Below, in pieces: positions 27,110 through 41,065 of a stretch of DNA of 64,000 nucleotides. Position 1 is the stretch's first letter, and the number at the start of each line of letters is the position of its first letter. Source of the stretch: Calcarisporiella thermophila CBS 279.70. Taxonomy: Eukaryota; Fungi; Calcarisporiellomycota. The stretch lies in contig NW_027192208.1 of the NCBI RefSeq assembly GCF_041956535.1, forward strand, positions 78,761 to 142,760. Direction: 5' to 3'. Below the pieces are notes generated by a model that saw only the letters and a program-made list of their open reading frames with translations, made no database searches and was not told the origin of the DNA. The translations under genes were made by a program, and so were the position numbers.

Positions 27110-30100
27110 ATGACAGAGCAACAAGAGGAAGACTTCTCCTCTCTTTCCATTCCCGATCGGATCCAACATAAAGTGAGTAAAGAGCAGCGAATTGTTGGCG
27201 GTGATGTTAGGCAAGCGACTCTCTGTGTACTGATTGCATACTTTTTCTATCATCATGTTTAGGTATGGAAAGCAAGAGTGAGCGCTTATGATGAGCTTAC
27301 AAAATACTTCCGCACTGCCGACCCGGCAAACGAGCGCGAGTTTACGCAGTATGAGCCTTATCTCAAAAAGATCGTTACCGATTCCAACGCGGTTGCACAA
27401 GAGAATGGCCTCTCTGCCATTTTAAGCTATGTCGAAAATGCTCCACGTCCGGAGCGCTCACGAGATGCTGTAGTGCCTACACTTGTGGAAAAATGCCTTG
27501 GATCTTCCCGGGCAGGTACACGGAATAAGGCGGTAGAGATCTTGCTTATGTATATAGAGGTTGATGTTGCAGATCCTGTTGTGGTGAGTTCGTCACAAAT
27601 GACATTTTTGAATTCAAGATGGTTAATGTGAACTCCATCCCTAGGCTGAGGTACTGCAGGGAACCAGTGCAAAATTGCCCAAGCTAGTCGCTCAGGCAGT
27701 AGCGGCCCTTCGTGAGATTGTAAAGTAAGTTTTCTCGCATTGTCTTTTTCCGACTTTTGAAATGGCATTGACTTTCTATTCTTTAGATCTTTCGGTATCA
27801 AAGTCCTCGATCCTAAACCAATCCTAAAATCACTTTCCAAACTCTTCGCCCACACGGACAAAAACGTGCGTGCGGAAGCTACACAGCTCACAATTGAGCT
27901 CTACAGATGGCTGGGTGCACAGGCTATTAATGCCTACCTCGGAGATCTTAAACCAGTACAAGTAAAGGAACTAAATGAGGCATTCGAAAAAATCCCAGAA
28001 GAAAAACCAGTGCCAGGGCGGATATTAAGATCGCAACAAGCGGCGGCTGCTGAGGCGGTTGCAGAAGAAGGTGCGCTTAGACCCGATTTTCTTAGAATCT
28101 AATGAATGCTAATTTTCTTCTGAATAGGAGTTGGAGAAGAAGTGCAGGAAGAGGCAATTGATCCATATGATTTAGTAGAAGCCGTAGACATTTCCACAAA
28201 AATACCCAAAGATTTTTACGAACAACTGGTAAGGAGTAAAAAGGGATCCGAGCATTCAAAAAAAAAAAAGCCAACTCACCCCGTATCATTCCTATTCAGG
28301 CAAGTTCTAAATGGAAAGACCGTAAAGAAGCACTCGAAAACCTTTTACCCACATGCAAGACACCCAAGATTTCGAATGGAAATTACAGCGAATTGATTTC
28401 TGCATTAGCAAAGGTAACATCGCTAAATAGCAGTTACTCGGATAGGAGAAAAGTCTAATCTTGTTTTATAATATATAGAGGATATCCGATGCAAACATTC
28501 TAGTCGTTACGTTATCTGCCAATTGCATTGAAGGTATAGCTTTGGGATTGAGAAATAATTTTGGACAATACAAGTCAATGGTAACTATCCTCGGCCGTTA
28601 TTACGAGAGTTATATGTTCTCTGACTCTAGCGCATTCATTGTGATTAGGTGGTTGGACCAATGGTTGAAAAGCTCAAGGAGCGGAAGACAAATGTAGTGG
28701 AAGCCCTGGCAAACGCTCTGAATGCAACCTTCTCTTCGGTAAACTCTGAATATTTGCCCCGCTACTTGGGAAACCTTCTAACTCTACATTCCTTGATAAT
28801 TGACCGCTTTGATGACAGGTTCCTTTTAGCGATATAGTGGACGATATCATTGCCGCGTCAGCACATAAAAACCCGCAGGTTCGCAGTGAGACCATCAAAC
28901 TCTTGATCAGCCGCCTTAAAAACATACGTGAGCCACCGGGTCGTGACGATATGAAACGAACTACCGAAATGCTTACCAAGTGCCTGGAGGACAAAGAGTC
29001 TTCAGTGCGAGATGCAGCGGCAGAAGGGTTGGGCACCATGATGAAGATTGTAGGTGAACGCGCTATGGCTCCCTATCTCGAGCAAGTAGATAAGATCTCC
29101 GAAGGAAAAATACGAGAATTTTGGGAAAAGGCTGAGGTCAAGGCTAAGCCCGCGGTTGCAAGGAAAGCACCAGCGCCTGCTCCCGCCTCCTCAGCTGCAG
29201 CTAATAGATCCGCACCAGTTTCAAAACCAGTTACGTTCGATTATCGCGATTCGCCTCTCCTCAACTAATGCTCATCAATTTTCTTGTTTTTAGAAACCAA
29301 AACCCACCCTTTCCTCACAGGCTGCTGTGGCGAAGGAGAAGGAGAATGCTCCTCCATCTCCTGTGCCACCGAAACCTAAAGCAATGTCGAAACCGGCTGT
29401 CAAACCTCGAGTGGCGGTATGGATAAATTGAATTTATATTAAATGCGAGACTATTAACTTCATTCGTCCATATATAGCCCCCAGCAGCCAAGAAACCAGC
29501 GGCCAAGCCAGCAGCTGCACCCACTGCTGCCGCGAAAAAACCGCCCCCTGGCAAGCCAAAGGATGACGAGCCATTACGTTTTAAATTTAGTCCAGAGAGT
29601 GCGGAAGAGCGAGCGACGGAATATTTTCCTGCAGATGCATGGGAGGATTTGTCACAGAGCGTGTGGAAAGCTAGACTTGCTGGTAAGTTACTTTTTATTC
29701 TGCTGTTAGAATTATACAGACCATATCTTTATGTTTTTTTTTAATTTAGCCATGGAGTCCATCTACAGTCATCTTGAGCAGCTTCCCGAAAATGGCATCG
29801 AGGCAGAGATTGTCATCCGGTGCTTATCCAAGAAACCGGGCTTCAAAGAGACCAATTTCCAGGTTTTGTCCAAAGTGTTCGCGACGCTGCAGCTGGTTGC
29901 AGAGAAATCCACTTCCTTCAATCGTGCTTGTGCTTCACTGGCCGTTCCAGGTGAAGATAGAATTTTTTTAGTTTAGCCCAAAACATGCTCTTGAGTTAAT
30001 GCTTTATATTTTCAAATAGGCTTGTGTGACAAGTTGGGTGATATCAAACTGAAGAAGGTGGCTGGAGATTGTCTCATCACCTTTGCTGAAAAGACCTCGC

Positions 30101-33100
30101 TCCAGTTCGTGCTCTCCCAGGTGTATGAGCCATTGAAAAAGCAAAAGTCCCCCAAAGTTATCGCAGATTCTCTCCTCTGGATTCAGAATGCCCTCTTGGA
30201 CTTTGGCATTGCAGGCTTGCAGGTGCGCGATTTGATCGAGTTTCTAACGTTGCAACTCCAGAGTTCAAATGCATCCGTGCGTACCAATGCGGTGAGTACC
30301 CTGGGCGTTCTACGGCGGTTTATCGGGCCTGAAATCAAATCCTTTGTCACCGATGTGAATCCTACTCTCCTCGCAACCATCGAAGCTGAGTTTGAGAAAG
30401 TCGGTGGAATGGAACCTCCTCAACCGACTCGAGTCAGCGTAAGTGACCTTTCATTTGGACCGCGTTGGCGCACTGGAGTTGATCTCTTATAATTACCCGA
30501 ATTTATTAAAATACTAGACTGAATTAGCAGCTCCTACGGCCGCTGCTGCAGGCGGCGCTAATGGTGCTGGCGGCGGGGCGGCAACAGACCCATTGGATGA
30601 TCTCTTCCCACGAGTGGATATCGGCTCGCAGCTGAATTCGAAACTAGTGGAGGAATGCAATGATGCCAACTGGAAAATACGAAAGGCAGGACTGGAAAAT
30701 GTAATCGCGATCCTGGAAGGGGCCAATAAAAGAATCAAGCCAAATTTGGGTGAATATATTTTCTTATTTGATATACACAGGATCATGCATTGACACTGTA
30801 GTCTCCACAGGTGACTTTGCACCGTGTCTCAAAGCGCGCCTCAATGATAGCAATAAGGTGCTTCAGCTTATGGCTCTTGAAATATGCAGCACCATCGCAG
30901 CAGCCATGGGTAAGCCGTTCGAAAAATATGTGAAAACGTTTGCGCTACCAGTCACGGCATGCCTCTCGGATAACAAGGCAAACGTTCGTGGCACCGCCAT
31001 CTCCACTCTCGAGAGCATGTACAGCGTGTGCGGACTTGATCAACTCATAGGTGTGTTTACAACAAGTCTGGCCAATGAGAGTCCCCTTCTGCGGAAAGAG
31101 CTGCTCACCTGGCTCGCAGAGCGACTACAGGAAATACAAGACAAGGGCGGAAAGCTACCCGACCTGACCCCGATGGTGCAAGTGATGTTCCAATGCCTCC
31201 AAGATCGAACCGGTGATGTGCGCAAGGGTGCGCAAGCCTGTCTACCATTTGTAGTCATGAGTGCGGGATACGACTATGTAATGAGGAGCACATCCAACCT
31301 CAAGGGCGCCTCCAAACAGACTATCATGCCGTTTTTAGAAGCGGTGCGACATCTTGGTGGGACTTCTGCACCATCTTCCAGTAGCGCGCCTTCGAGACCA
31401 AAAGCAGCTGAACCAGCAAGGCGGCCTGCATCTTCAGTTTCTCCTGGCTCTTCGTCAGAGGAAGCATCCCTTCCTCCGCCACCTCCCCCTTCAATGCAGC
31501 AACCCCCGCCAGGGCCGCGATCGAAACTCCTAGCTCCTAAACGAGGTGGCCGGGGGATCCCTGCTCCATCAGCACGTCCAGTTTCCACGCTTTCAAGTAC
31601 GAGTGAATCGGAGGAAAGTGAGCCTACGTTGGCCACAGCTCCAACACGGCAACTCCGTCCCCCTGGAAGATTTGGCTCTGCACTTGGACATACTTCGGGT
31701 ATGACAAGACCATCCTTTGCAGACCGCGCCCCCGCTACCTCTGAAAGCGATCAGCCAGCGCCTCCGTCTCGCCTACAGCCCTCCGCCAGCCGCCTTCGCC
31801 GCCCTCGTCCGGTCCAACCCCAAGATAACGAATCGGAGGGTTTCGCATCGGAATCGACCGGATTTTCTGAAGAAATTCTCTCTGAATCCGCTGCCTCCAC
31901 GACAACCCCCTCCGTATCGAATGCTGAGCCAATGCACCGTGTGCAACAGTGGGTCGGCCAGCTTGAGCAGCGCCGCGAGTTCATGATGGATTATATCCTT
32001 GCCTATATCGCGAGCCCAGATATTGCCAAGAGCATTGAGGTTCTTAAGCAACTCGACACCATGTTCCAGAGCAACCCACACCAGGTGCTTCCCTACGCAG
32101 AGCCCGTGCTTGACCGTATCACAAACCAGGTGCGCTTCGCATTCACCCAGCTCGACCCCACTCGGCCTAGCATCACTCGCCTTGCCAAGCATTTGGTGAA
32201 TGCACTGGTGCTCTTCTTCTCGAGCAAAGAGTTGGTGCTTGCGCTCTCGGAAGAAGATCTGCAAAACGTACTGTTGGAGTTGGCGCAGCGAGTGCTCGAC
32301 AAGAAGCGATTGAGTCAGTTGGACTGCGGTAATCAACTGATGAAGGCCTTGAATGTTACACTGGTAAAAGTTCTCGACAAGTCCGATAAAAACAAATGCC
32401 TCCGGTGAGTATCCCCCTCCCTTTTCTTCACTTTTATCTAAATGACTATGCTTTTATGTTATTTGAAAAAAAAAATACTAATTCACTTTCTATTTTTTTT
32501 TCCTTTAGGGCACTCGTCACACTCAGTATCAAATGCTGCCATCCACCCAATGGTCATTCCATGCCAAAGGACTCTCCCGAGGCCGAGCTCACTGAGCTCT
32601 TGCTCAAATGTGTCTGGAAGTTGACGCGCAATATGTCCGAATACATAGCAACGGATCAGCTCAAGGTGAACGAGATGCTTCGTGACCTTAACGACCTCTT
32701 CATTGCCATTTCTCCAAACGAGTGGAAGCAACGTAATGTCGAGAAAGGCTCGCCCGACGAGCTCTTGATGCGTACATTCAAGTCCATTGTTTCGGAGCTC
32801 GTCACGACGCTCGAGGACAAGGTGTACGATCATCTGGATCTAATCCATGATCCCCGGCGCAGTTATATCTATGGATACCTGCACCATACTCTTCAAACGA
32901 TTCGCAAGAAGAAGGTGGCAGCAGCAACCTCTGGTATGTCTGCAGCCCTACGAAACGAGCCACACTCATCTAGCGCACCGAAATCAACAGAGCCCTTGAC
33001 CGTGCATACTCAGAGTTCAACGAGCATCTCCCGGCCCACCTCTGCACGCTCATTTGGATCCGACGCTAGACCCTTAACACCCTCCTCCAACGGCTCCGAC

Positions 33101-33982
33101 GTCCTCGCTGGTCCGAGCTCATTGTCTCTCCACGCTGAACGCACACAAGGGGAACCGACAGAATATCCCTCATCCACCGATAGGAGGGAGGAGCCCATAC
33201 CGCAGGCCCTCAACTCGCCAACTACTTCCTACTCCTCCACTTCGTCAGCAGCAGACAGTGCCACCCTTAACCGAATGCTCACCAATATCAGCAACAAGCT
33301 TTGCTCGGGACACAATACAGACCCGGGCATCTATGAGCTCTACCGCTTCATGAAGCAATACCCTCACATGGAGCCGCATGTCAATGCCATCCTCGGGCGC
33401 ACCACACAGACCTTCAAAAGAATGGTAATCCATCAGCTGGAGTTGATGGAGCAGCGAATTGCCCGTGGCGAGGTGTTTGAAATCGAGGGGAGTGGTGGGG
33501 AAGAAGGAGAGGACTTGACGGGCGAGGATAGTGCTGGCCAGCAAGCAGACGACGAACGGCCTCCTTCAGGCGGAAGTAAGAGACCTAGCTCCTTTGGAAC
33601 CGGGCGCGTGCCCGATGAGGAGATTGACCAGCGCCGAAGGTTAGAAAGATTGCAGAAAGTGTTTGGGTACCAGCCGAAATCCGAAGCCCCCTCTTCAGAG
33701 ACGAGACCGCTCTCGGGCGAGGTTGAGCAGGGAGAGGAGCGTTCCACTGGAGCTGGGGCTGGCTCTGTGCGAGACTCCCATTCGACACGACCCTATAGCG
33801 GGGAGGGCAACTACATCTACAATCTAAAGGAGCGGCTAGGTGTGCTGAAATCTAGCAATTCCACCCTGGCCGCCGGCGCCTCCGCCGCCGCTGTTGCCCA
33901 TTCCTCGGACTCTTCCTCTACTAGTGGCAGCTTGAATTTAATGTCAAATATACCGCCTTCATCGGAAGCAAATGAACAATAG
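27110..33982 (+). CDS. STU2: XMAP215/Dis1-family microtubule polymerase (Stu2/Alp14/CKAP5), many exons
   Basis: TOG-initial Trp motifs HK|VWKARVSAY, SKWKDRKE, SVWKARL, NWKIRK; KLKERKTNV, KLGDIKLK; C-terminal LLKCVWKL. Confidence 0.93.
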
Positions 33983-35047
33983 TTTTATACTTATTTTTCC
34001 TCCTTATTGTTAATTTTTTTCCTTTCTCTGTGTATGCGTTTATAGCGTGGTCTTTTTTCCCTTTTTGTATCTCGCTATGGTTATACATGCTCTTTATACT
34101 AGGCAGTGCTATTTTTCTACCTCTCTAGTAGTTTCAAAATCCTATCCTGTCCTATCCTCCACTCCCTCTATTCTCAATAATATTTCACACCCTCCCCTCA
34201 TATGAATACTTTGCTATATTTCTATTTTTCATGACAAATATACTAATACACTCTGATCTTTTTTATTCACTTTGGCTGTAAGTAGTTCCATTCAGCTAGC
34301 TCTTTCCTTAAATGAATCCTCTCTGACCATCTATAGGATCAGAGCGTAGAATGTAACATAATATTGCCCTGACTCTTTCAATCCGATGCTCATTCGTCGG
34401 CGTCCAAAGAAGGGTCGGATCCTCACTTCCTATCTGCACGAAACGATTTTCATTCTTCATTCGAAATAAAGGGTAAGTGAAATAGATTTTCCGGTGATTA
34501 GCTCTCCTTGTAGCTCTCTTGCTTCTCTCGTCCAAGTGAAAGCATCCGCCTGCCAAAAATGAACTAGAGGCCCTAAAATTGAACGTTATTGCGTGGAAAT
34601 TCGCATCTTTAATTATCAGACGAAGAGATTATTATGAAGAATAGTAACAAGTAAATGATCAAGCAAACAAAAATCAAAAACATTCTTCTTTAGTAAATGC
34701 AAAAGGAAGAGAAAGAAGAAACAGTATAGAGAAGAGATTCGAAGAATAAGAATAGCGTATATTCAAACACAAGGTGGCCCCGTCCAACGCGGTGAAAACA
34801 AAATACAGGATAGGAAGAAAAGCGAGAGAGGGAAAAAAACCATATTGTTCCAAAGCTTGCTGAGAAAATGTCGATAAAGAAGGGGGGAAAAAATCACACA
34901 TATACTGTATATAGATATATATAGATATATATCATGGCTAGGTGAGTAAAAAGGAAAATGGATGAGGATAGGAGTGGCTACATTACACTTTCAGGCACAT
35001 TATAACAAGAGATATACTAGGAGTAACAACATGAGTGCTGCGAGGCT

Positions 35048-36859
35048 TTACAAAATGGTGCATGAATTGCCGCGATCGCGGTGGTGGAATCCGTGGTGGA
35101 GGAAATGGTGGGCATGGCCCTCCGCATCGTCTTCATCCGTGGAGGGGCGCCGATGCCAAGTGTAGTAGCTCTTCACGCTGAGAATGGGGGCAGTCCGCTG
35201 CGCTTCGAGCACGGCAGACAGGGTAATGGAACGACAGTCGTAGACTTCGATGCTGACCCGACGGCGTTTTGCAGTCGAGGAGGAACGAGGAGAGGGAGGC
35301 ACCTCGGATGGCGCAAGGGAAGTAGTAGGGGTTAGAGGAGGCGGTAAGCATTGCCCAAGCAGCGCCCCAGCCGACTGCAGAACCGAGTCTGTCAGCGAGG
35401 CGCAATTGTCCAACTCTATTGCCGTTAGCGTATCGCGGCATCCTCGTAGCACACTGGCTACACCCTCGTCAGTGATATTCTCACAATAACTCAAACAGAG
35501 ACGTGACAAGCGACGTAATCCCGCGAACGCTTGCAGAGTTCGATCTGTGATTTCGATACAGTTTTCGAGGTCGAGAGAGTGGATATTAGGGCATCGTAGC
35601 GCCAGGAAGGTGAACCCTTCATCGGTAAGCGCACGGCACTCGGCAAGCTCCAGGCGCTCCAGATTGGGGCAGTGTAGAGCAAGTTGTCGCAGTGCATGGT
35701 CTGTGATACGACAACCGGAGAGGTTTAGGTGAACGAGCTTGGGACATTGCTTTGCAAGCGCTTCAATCCCTCTGTCCTGCACATGGGTGCTTGCGAGTGA
35801 TATAAAGCGAAGTTCCGGTGGCGCACAAAAATTCTCCAGCATCATCTCGTCCGTGATGGTGATACAACCATCCAGACGGAGCCACCTTAGTCGTGAGCAG
35901 CCCCGCAGCACGGCTTCGACGCCACGGGAACTGATTCCTCGGCACCATGCGAGATTCAGCCGCTCGAGACGCGGACATGAGGCTGCAATCGTGAAAAGCG
36001 TGTAGTTATTTATATTGTTAAGACCAGACACATCAAGCACAAGTAAATCGCGTAGGTGACGAAGGAGATAAGCGATGCTGGCGGCAGAGGGAGAGCGGCA
36101 TCCAGATAAATGAAGGATTTGAATGTTACCACAACATTCAGCGAGTGTTCGTAGGGCATGCGACTGAAGCTGTACACAACCCCTATTAATTAACAAGAGT
36201 AAGAGAATAAAAGTTAAATATTTGAATTTCAGAAAGTAGGCCAGCTAGGCTTACCTGAAATTGGCAACTCTAAGGAAGCCGCCTGCGGCCACCCCCAACA
36301 TTAATAGCTGCTCAGCAGGGATAGTTTTGTAAAATGGGGTGGCGTCAATGTGAGACCATAGGGCACCATTATATGCTAAATCTCTCCATGAACGGCAAAC
36401 CTAAACGAGAGGTAAAAATGATTGGAACCGGTGGGAATGAAGCGAAAAGCTGTCTTGCATTCAACTTACCCTTGCTGCTTTCATCAGGTTGGGCACGTTA
36501 AGATAGCGGAATATCTTCACCCGAAGTTCGAGTGGAAGTTGTTCAAATCCGATGCCAGGACACGCGGCAAATGGTTCAAGTCCCGTGGGAAAGAGCGATG
36601 AGATAGCTGCCGTCTGTACCTCCAAATTACATAATTGATTTGAGAATTGCAATTGCGGCTGTTGACCCTGGAGAACTAAATGACAAAATGGGTTAGAGCA
36701 ATGAAATTATAGACGCAGTACCACTTGACACGCTGAGTCACATTTACCCTTTTGTTCGGTCAGTGGGTTGAGAGCAGAACGTCGAGCTGCGTAATTATGA
36801 ACCGCAGCCGGCGTCTCTATTAGGGTCGTTGTGGTGAGGATGGGGGACTGCACCAACAT
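35048..36859 (-). CDS. F-box/LRR protein, FBXL2/FBXL20-like, ending in CaaX (CTIL)
   Basis: F-box LPLELRVKIFRYL..L..AARVCRSW; many AMN1-type LRRs (LxxLNLxxCxxITD); last residues CTIL*. Confidence 0.88.
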
Positions 36860-39195
36860 GGTTTGGGAAAGAAACGATATGGTTGGCGTGAGAGAAAGAG
36901 GCAAATATTAAGGAGAAGAAGTATAAAAAAATCGTCCAATTTCCTTTTTTCAGCAAAAATGGGAGACAAAAAAACTAGCAAGCAGGTCGCAGGAAGGGGG
37001 AGAAATGGCCATTAGACAGACGTCAACAATGATGAGGATGTTTCAAATACTATGAACCACTTTTCGCTCTAATATAAAATTGGAGAGAAGAGAGGATATG
37101 CAAAAGATGGAAATGCATAAAAAAATTATATGAAGTCACACTGTTCAACTCAGCTGACCTCTTATTCACAAAAAAAAAACCTCGATTTTCCAACCAAGTG
37201 CGCTTTTCCTGAAACTCCCATATAATTCCGCGCGAAAGCAATTGTTTAATAATAAGCACGCAATATGGATGCTTACCAATTCATCACCCCCACCACACTA
37301 GGCTATGCTCCTACTCTGATCCCACTCTCAAACTCGACTATTTTAGTGGCATTCGAGCGATTATTCTCTTATACTTCGGTCCGAGCTAGTAGTGGGTCTT
37401 TTCTAGTGGATTTATTCCTATTAAGTCAACCTAGTCTTCAAATTATGGCCTGAAACAATTTCTGACGTCTATGTGTTACATCATAGTGAACGCGACGATT
37501 AATCGGACTTTAAACCTACCTATTACCAGAACTATGTCAATCAAAAATATTATTAGTATATTTGGTGAGATAATGGAGAATAGAGTATATAAAGACCAAT
37601 CACATCAAACTACCTTGATTACAAAGCACTATATGCTAGTAGAGAGAGAAGATAAATTTTGATGATTTATGTGAGGAGTCTTGATAATAAAATATTGGTA
37701 CGAACTGTAGGTTGCCATCTAATATGCCACTTAAGAGCCTGCTGGCTAGAAACAAGAGAACTACTATTACAGACATATTTGTCTAAAAAATTTAGATTTG
37801 ATGCAATAGAAATTATCCATAAACACACTTGTTGTATATAACTAATCAATGCGAAAAGTCTAAGAGTCACAAAAGATTCAACAAATAATTGCACTTAAAA
37901 CAAAAAAAATTCTGATGTGTAATGCAGAGGCCACAAGATCTCTGAGGCTGTTGGAATTTCACGGTTATAATATTTATATTTACTGTATATTACTGGATTG
38001 CAGCACGTTCAATTTTCATCTACGTAAAATCATTTTGATCTACCACAATTTTTCTTAATATATCCACTATACAGCTTCATCTTAAACTCTATATCAAGGG
38101 TTAGATGTGAAGTTATAGTAAAAATTGAACAAGTACTACTTTCATAACTTAAATATTAAAGTGGATATATATCACCTTACCAGCATATTGTTCTGCTGCC
38201 TTAAATTAGTGAATTCTTAATACCTAGAGTCAGCACACTTTGATTCAATAGACCATGAAATGCTAGCATTGATTGAGATATGTGATGTAGCGTTAGAAGT
38301 GACCCAAATGCAATCGTAATAATGATAATAGAAAGTTTTGACTCGTGTATTTTTATTTAAAGCTGTGATTTACACTTTATAGGGATGGATGTAACGGTTT
38401 CTCAAACTTTTTTTTTATATTGGAATGACTGACATACTGTATACGTTAATTTGAGTGCTAACTAGCGTTGCTACTCCCGTCCATTTATACAATCTCTCAG
38501 TAGCAGACTGTTTTAGAATGTAGCCAAACTAAGACAGTGTCTATGCGAGATAAAATTCATTTGGAAACCATGAAAAAACCCCATTAATCCTTTGAGGCGA
38601 TAAACATGTGTAGATCACTGATGTATTAGCTTGATCAGGGACAAAATCGCTAGCAATATTTCACTATAAACATCGTCATCTTATTGAGGTTATTCACGCT
38701 CGCTTATTTAAATAGGTGATATTTATGATTAAAAACATTGTCGTGTTTATAAATACTATATATGTGCAGATGTATCGCTCGGCAAGTTTAAAGCACAAAA
38801 CTTATTCCTATATGTTCAGCATTATATAATTATACAATTCTTCAAACAATATATAATGAACATTATAAAGTGTATAGATTGTTTCCAGTGATTAAATTGA
38901 ATCAAAAAGTGATTAAATTTCTAAATTGTGAATTCTCTGTGGCATTCAACAAAAAGGTTCAAAAGCATTTTAGTTGTAACTTAAGATAGGAAAACAAACC
39001 CCAGATAAAGGTCTGTTGTTCTATAATTTAATGTCAACCTCCTGGTGATTATTATTTGATGATCAAGATTCCTGATCCATTATTAAAATAAAATTATATT
39101 TTAGAATAAAAAAAAAAGAAAAGAGCGAAACAAATATAGCAAATAGCCAGCTCTACAATTAGAAATTAAAATGGCAATGATAGTAAATGAAATAA

Positions 39196-41065
39196 CTATA
39201 TTTTCTTTCCGTAAAGTTTATTAAGAAATCGAAAAATTTGCCGATGTAATGGTTTGGCCTTTTTATGCTTGACGCAATTGAGCTTGAGCATATTAATATT
39301 ATTAAGATTGGTTGCAGTACCAGGATGCTCTGATCCCAATACCTTCTCTCGTATTGAGAGCGCCCGTTGATACAGAGGCTCAGCCTGGTCATCTTTTCCC
39401 TGACTTTCGTAGAGTGCGGCTAGGTTGTTGAGGGTGGTTGCAGTAGAAGAATGCCCATCCCCATGCAACAGTTCATTTATTTCGAGTGAGAGCTCTGCAA
39501 GCTTCTCTGTATCAATAATTATCCCATTTTCCTTCAGATACATAGCCATGCGATTTAGTAGGCTGCATAAGCTCTCGGACAATGATGGGATTAAATACGG
39601 GTCATTAATTAAGTCAACTAAATAATGAACGTGTGAAATGTATGGTTGTATTATCGAATGTGCGCTAGGATCATAGTAACCATAAGACTTAGCTTTCTGT
39701 GTCTTTTGATCAATTGCATATGCTATTTTTTTGGCCCAGCTTAATTTGTGTTATCTCTCTATTGCATCATAGATAACCTTTTGAACAAGTCGATGGATTT
39801 TTACCGCTGCAAATAACTTTTCGGTGTCTTTCTCGTTCATTTTACTGGGTATTAAGGAAATAAAGGAGAATTTGTTTAGTATCGATATCGCAGTTTGCAC
39901 TTGCTCTCTTTCATCTTCATCTTTCAGTTCATTTGTTTCTGTAATGTTTAGATTCGGGTCGGCTTCAAGGAGAATATGGTAGTGGTCAAAGAGCTGAATA
40001 GAAATTTCATCAGGATAGAGAAACGCACATGCCTCGAGTAATTTAATAGCAGTAGGATTGATGTTTTGAATACGCTTCAGTGAAATGGCCCAAACTGTTT
40101 CAACTGAGTAGCTGTACTTGTTTGCGATATCCTTATCATGGAATGAAAATATACTTTTCCTGTATTTTTGTAGTCTCTTAAGATAGCCTTGATAAGTAGA
40201 GGTGGTTGCTTCCATATATGCACGTGCAAGATCTAACGCAAGTGGCATATAATCAAGTTCAGATATCACTTTACGAACGTATTGAAAATGCAAGTCTTGC
40301 CGATCAATTGATCCCAACTCTTTCTGTAAGAGTAAAGCAAGGGCTTCTTCTTCAGTCATCTTGCCGATTTCTATTATCGTTGCTTTCCAAGGAGGAATAT
40401 ACTCTCGTGAAGTCATTATGATATCACCACCTTTCCGAGACAATCTATCAAATATATCCTCAGCCACCTTCTCCTCTACATTATCCAAGAGGAGCAACCA
40501 GTTCGTATTTTCTTCCAACCAACATTGAACCCAGCTGAAAATGGTTTCTTCTGCATTATCATTCTCCAACAGAGTAGTCTCAATACCCAAATTTATTGCC
40601 AGATACCGAAAGGAGTCTGCTACCATTACCCAGCTATCAGCTTTTAGCCAGAACACGAAATCATATGCTTTATGGCGAAAATAACAATATCTGAGCATCA
40701 GTTGTGTCTTGCCCATTCCCCCAAAACCTTTGAGCACGATAATTGCGCATCCGCTCGTCGAATTCTTCTCATTAAACGACTTCAGCATTTTATCGAAAAT
40801 ATTTGGTCGTTCAATAAAATTCTCATTTTCCACCGGAACACCAAACAAAAAATTCTTGCTTCATTATAATACCCGGAATTTTTGTTTGATAACCTGGATC
40901 CACCTAGTTTAAAGATGAGCCGCTTAAGGCACACAAGTAAATTATTATCCAATGTCTCATCATACCCATACTAAAATTCCTGCAATTGACATTGAAAACC
41001 CCAGCATTAGCAAATCCTCCCCCATCTGCCTGCACTTTTCCGAAGATAGTGGATGATTGCGACAT
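39196..41065 (-). pseudogene. NLR-like NB-ARC + TPR gene, disrupted by a frameshift near 40860 and TAA at 39751-39753
   Basis: P-loop GFGGMGKTQL, VFWL, Walker B WLLLLDNV, IIMTSR, LDYMPLALDLA, IHRLVQ. The frame reads through the TAA into TPRs (TATTLNNLAALYESQGK..AEPLYQRALSIREKVLGSEHP). First exon 41065-40966. Confidence 0.85.
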
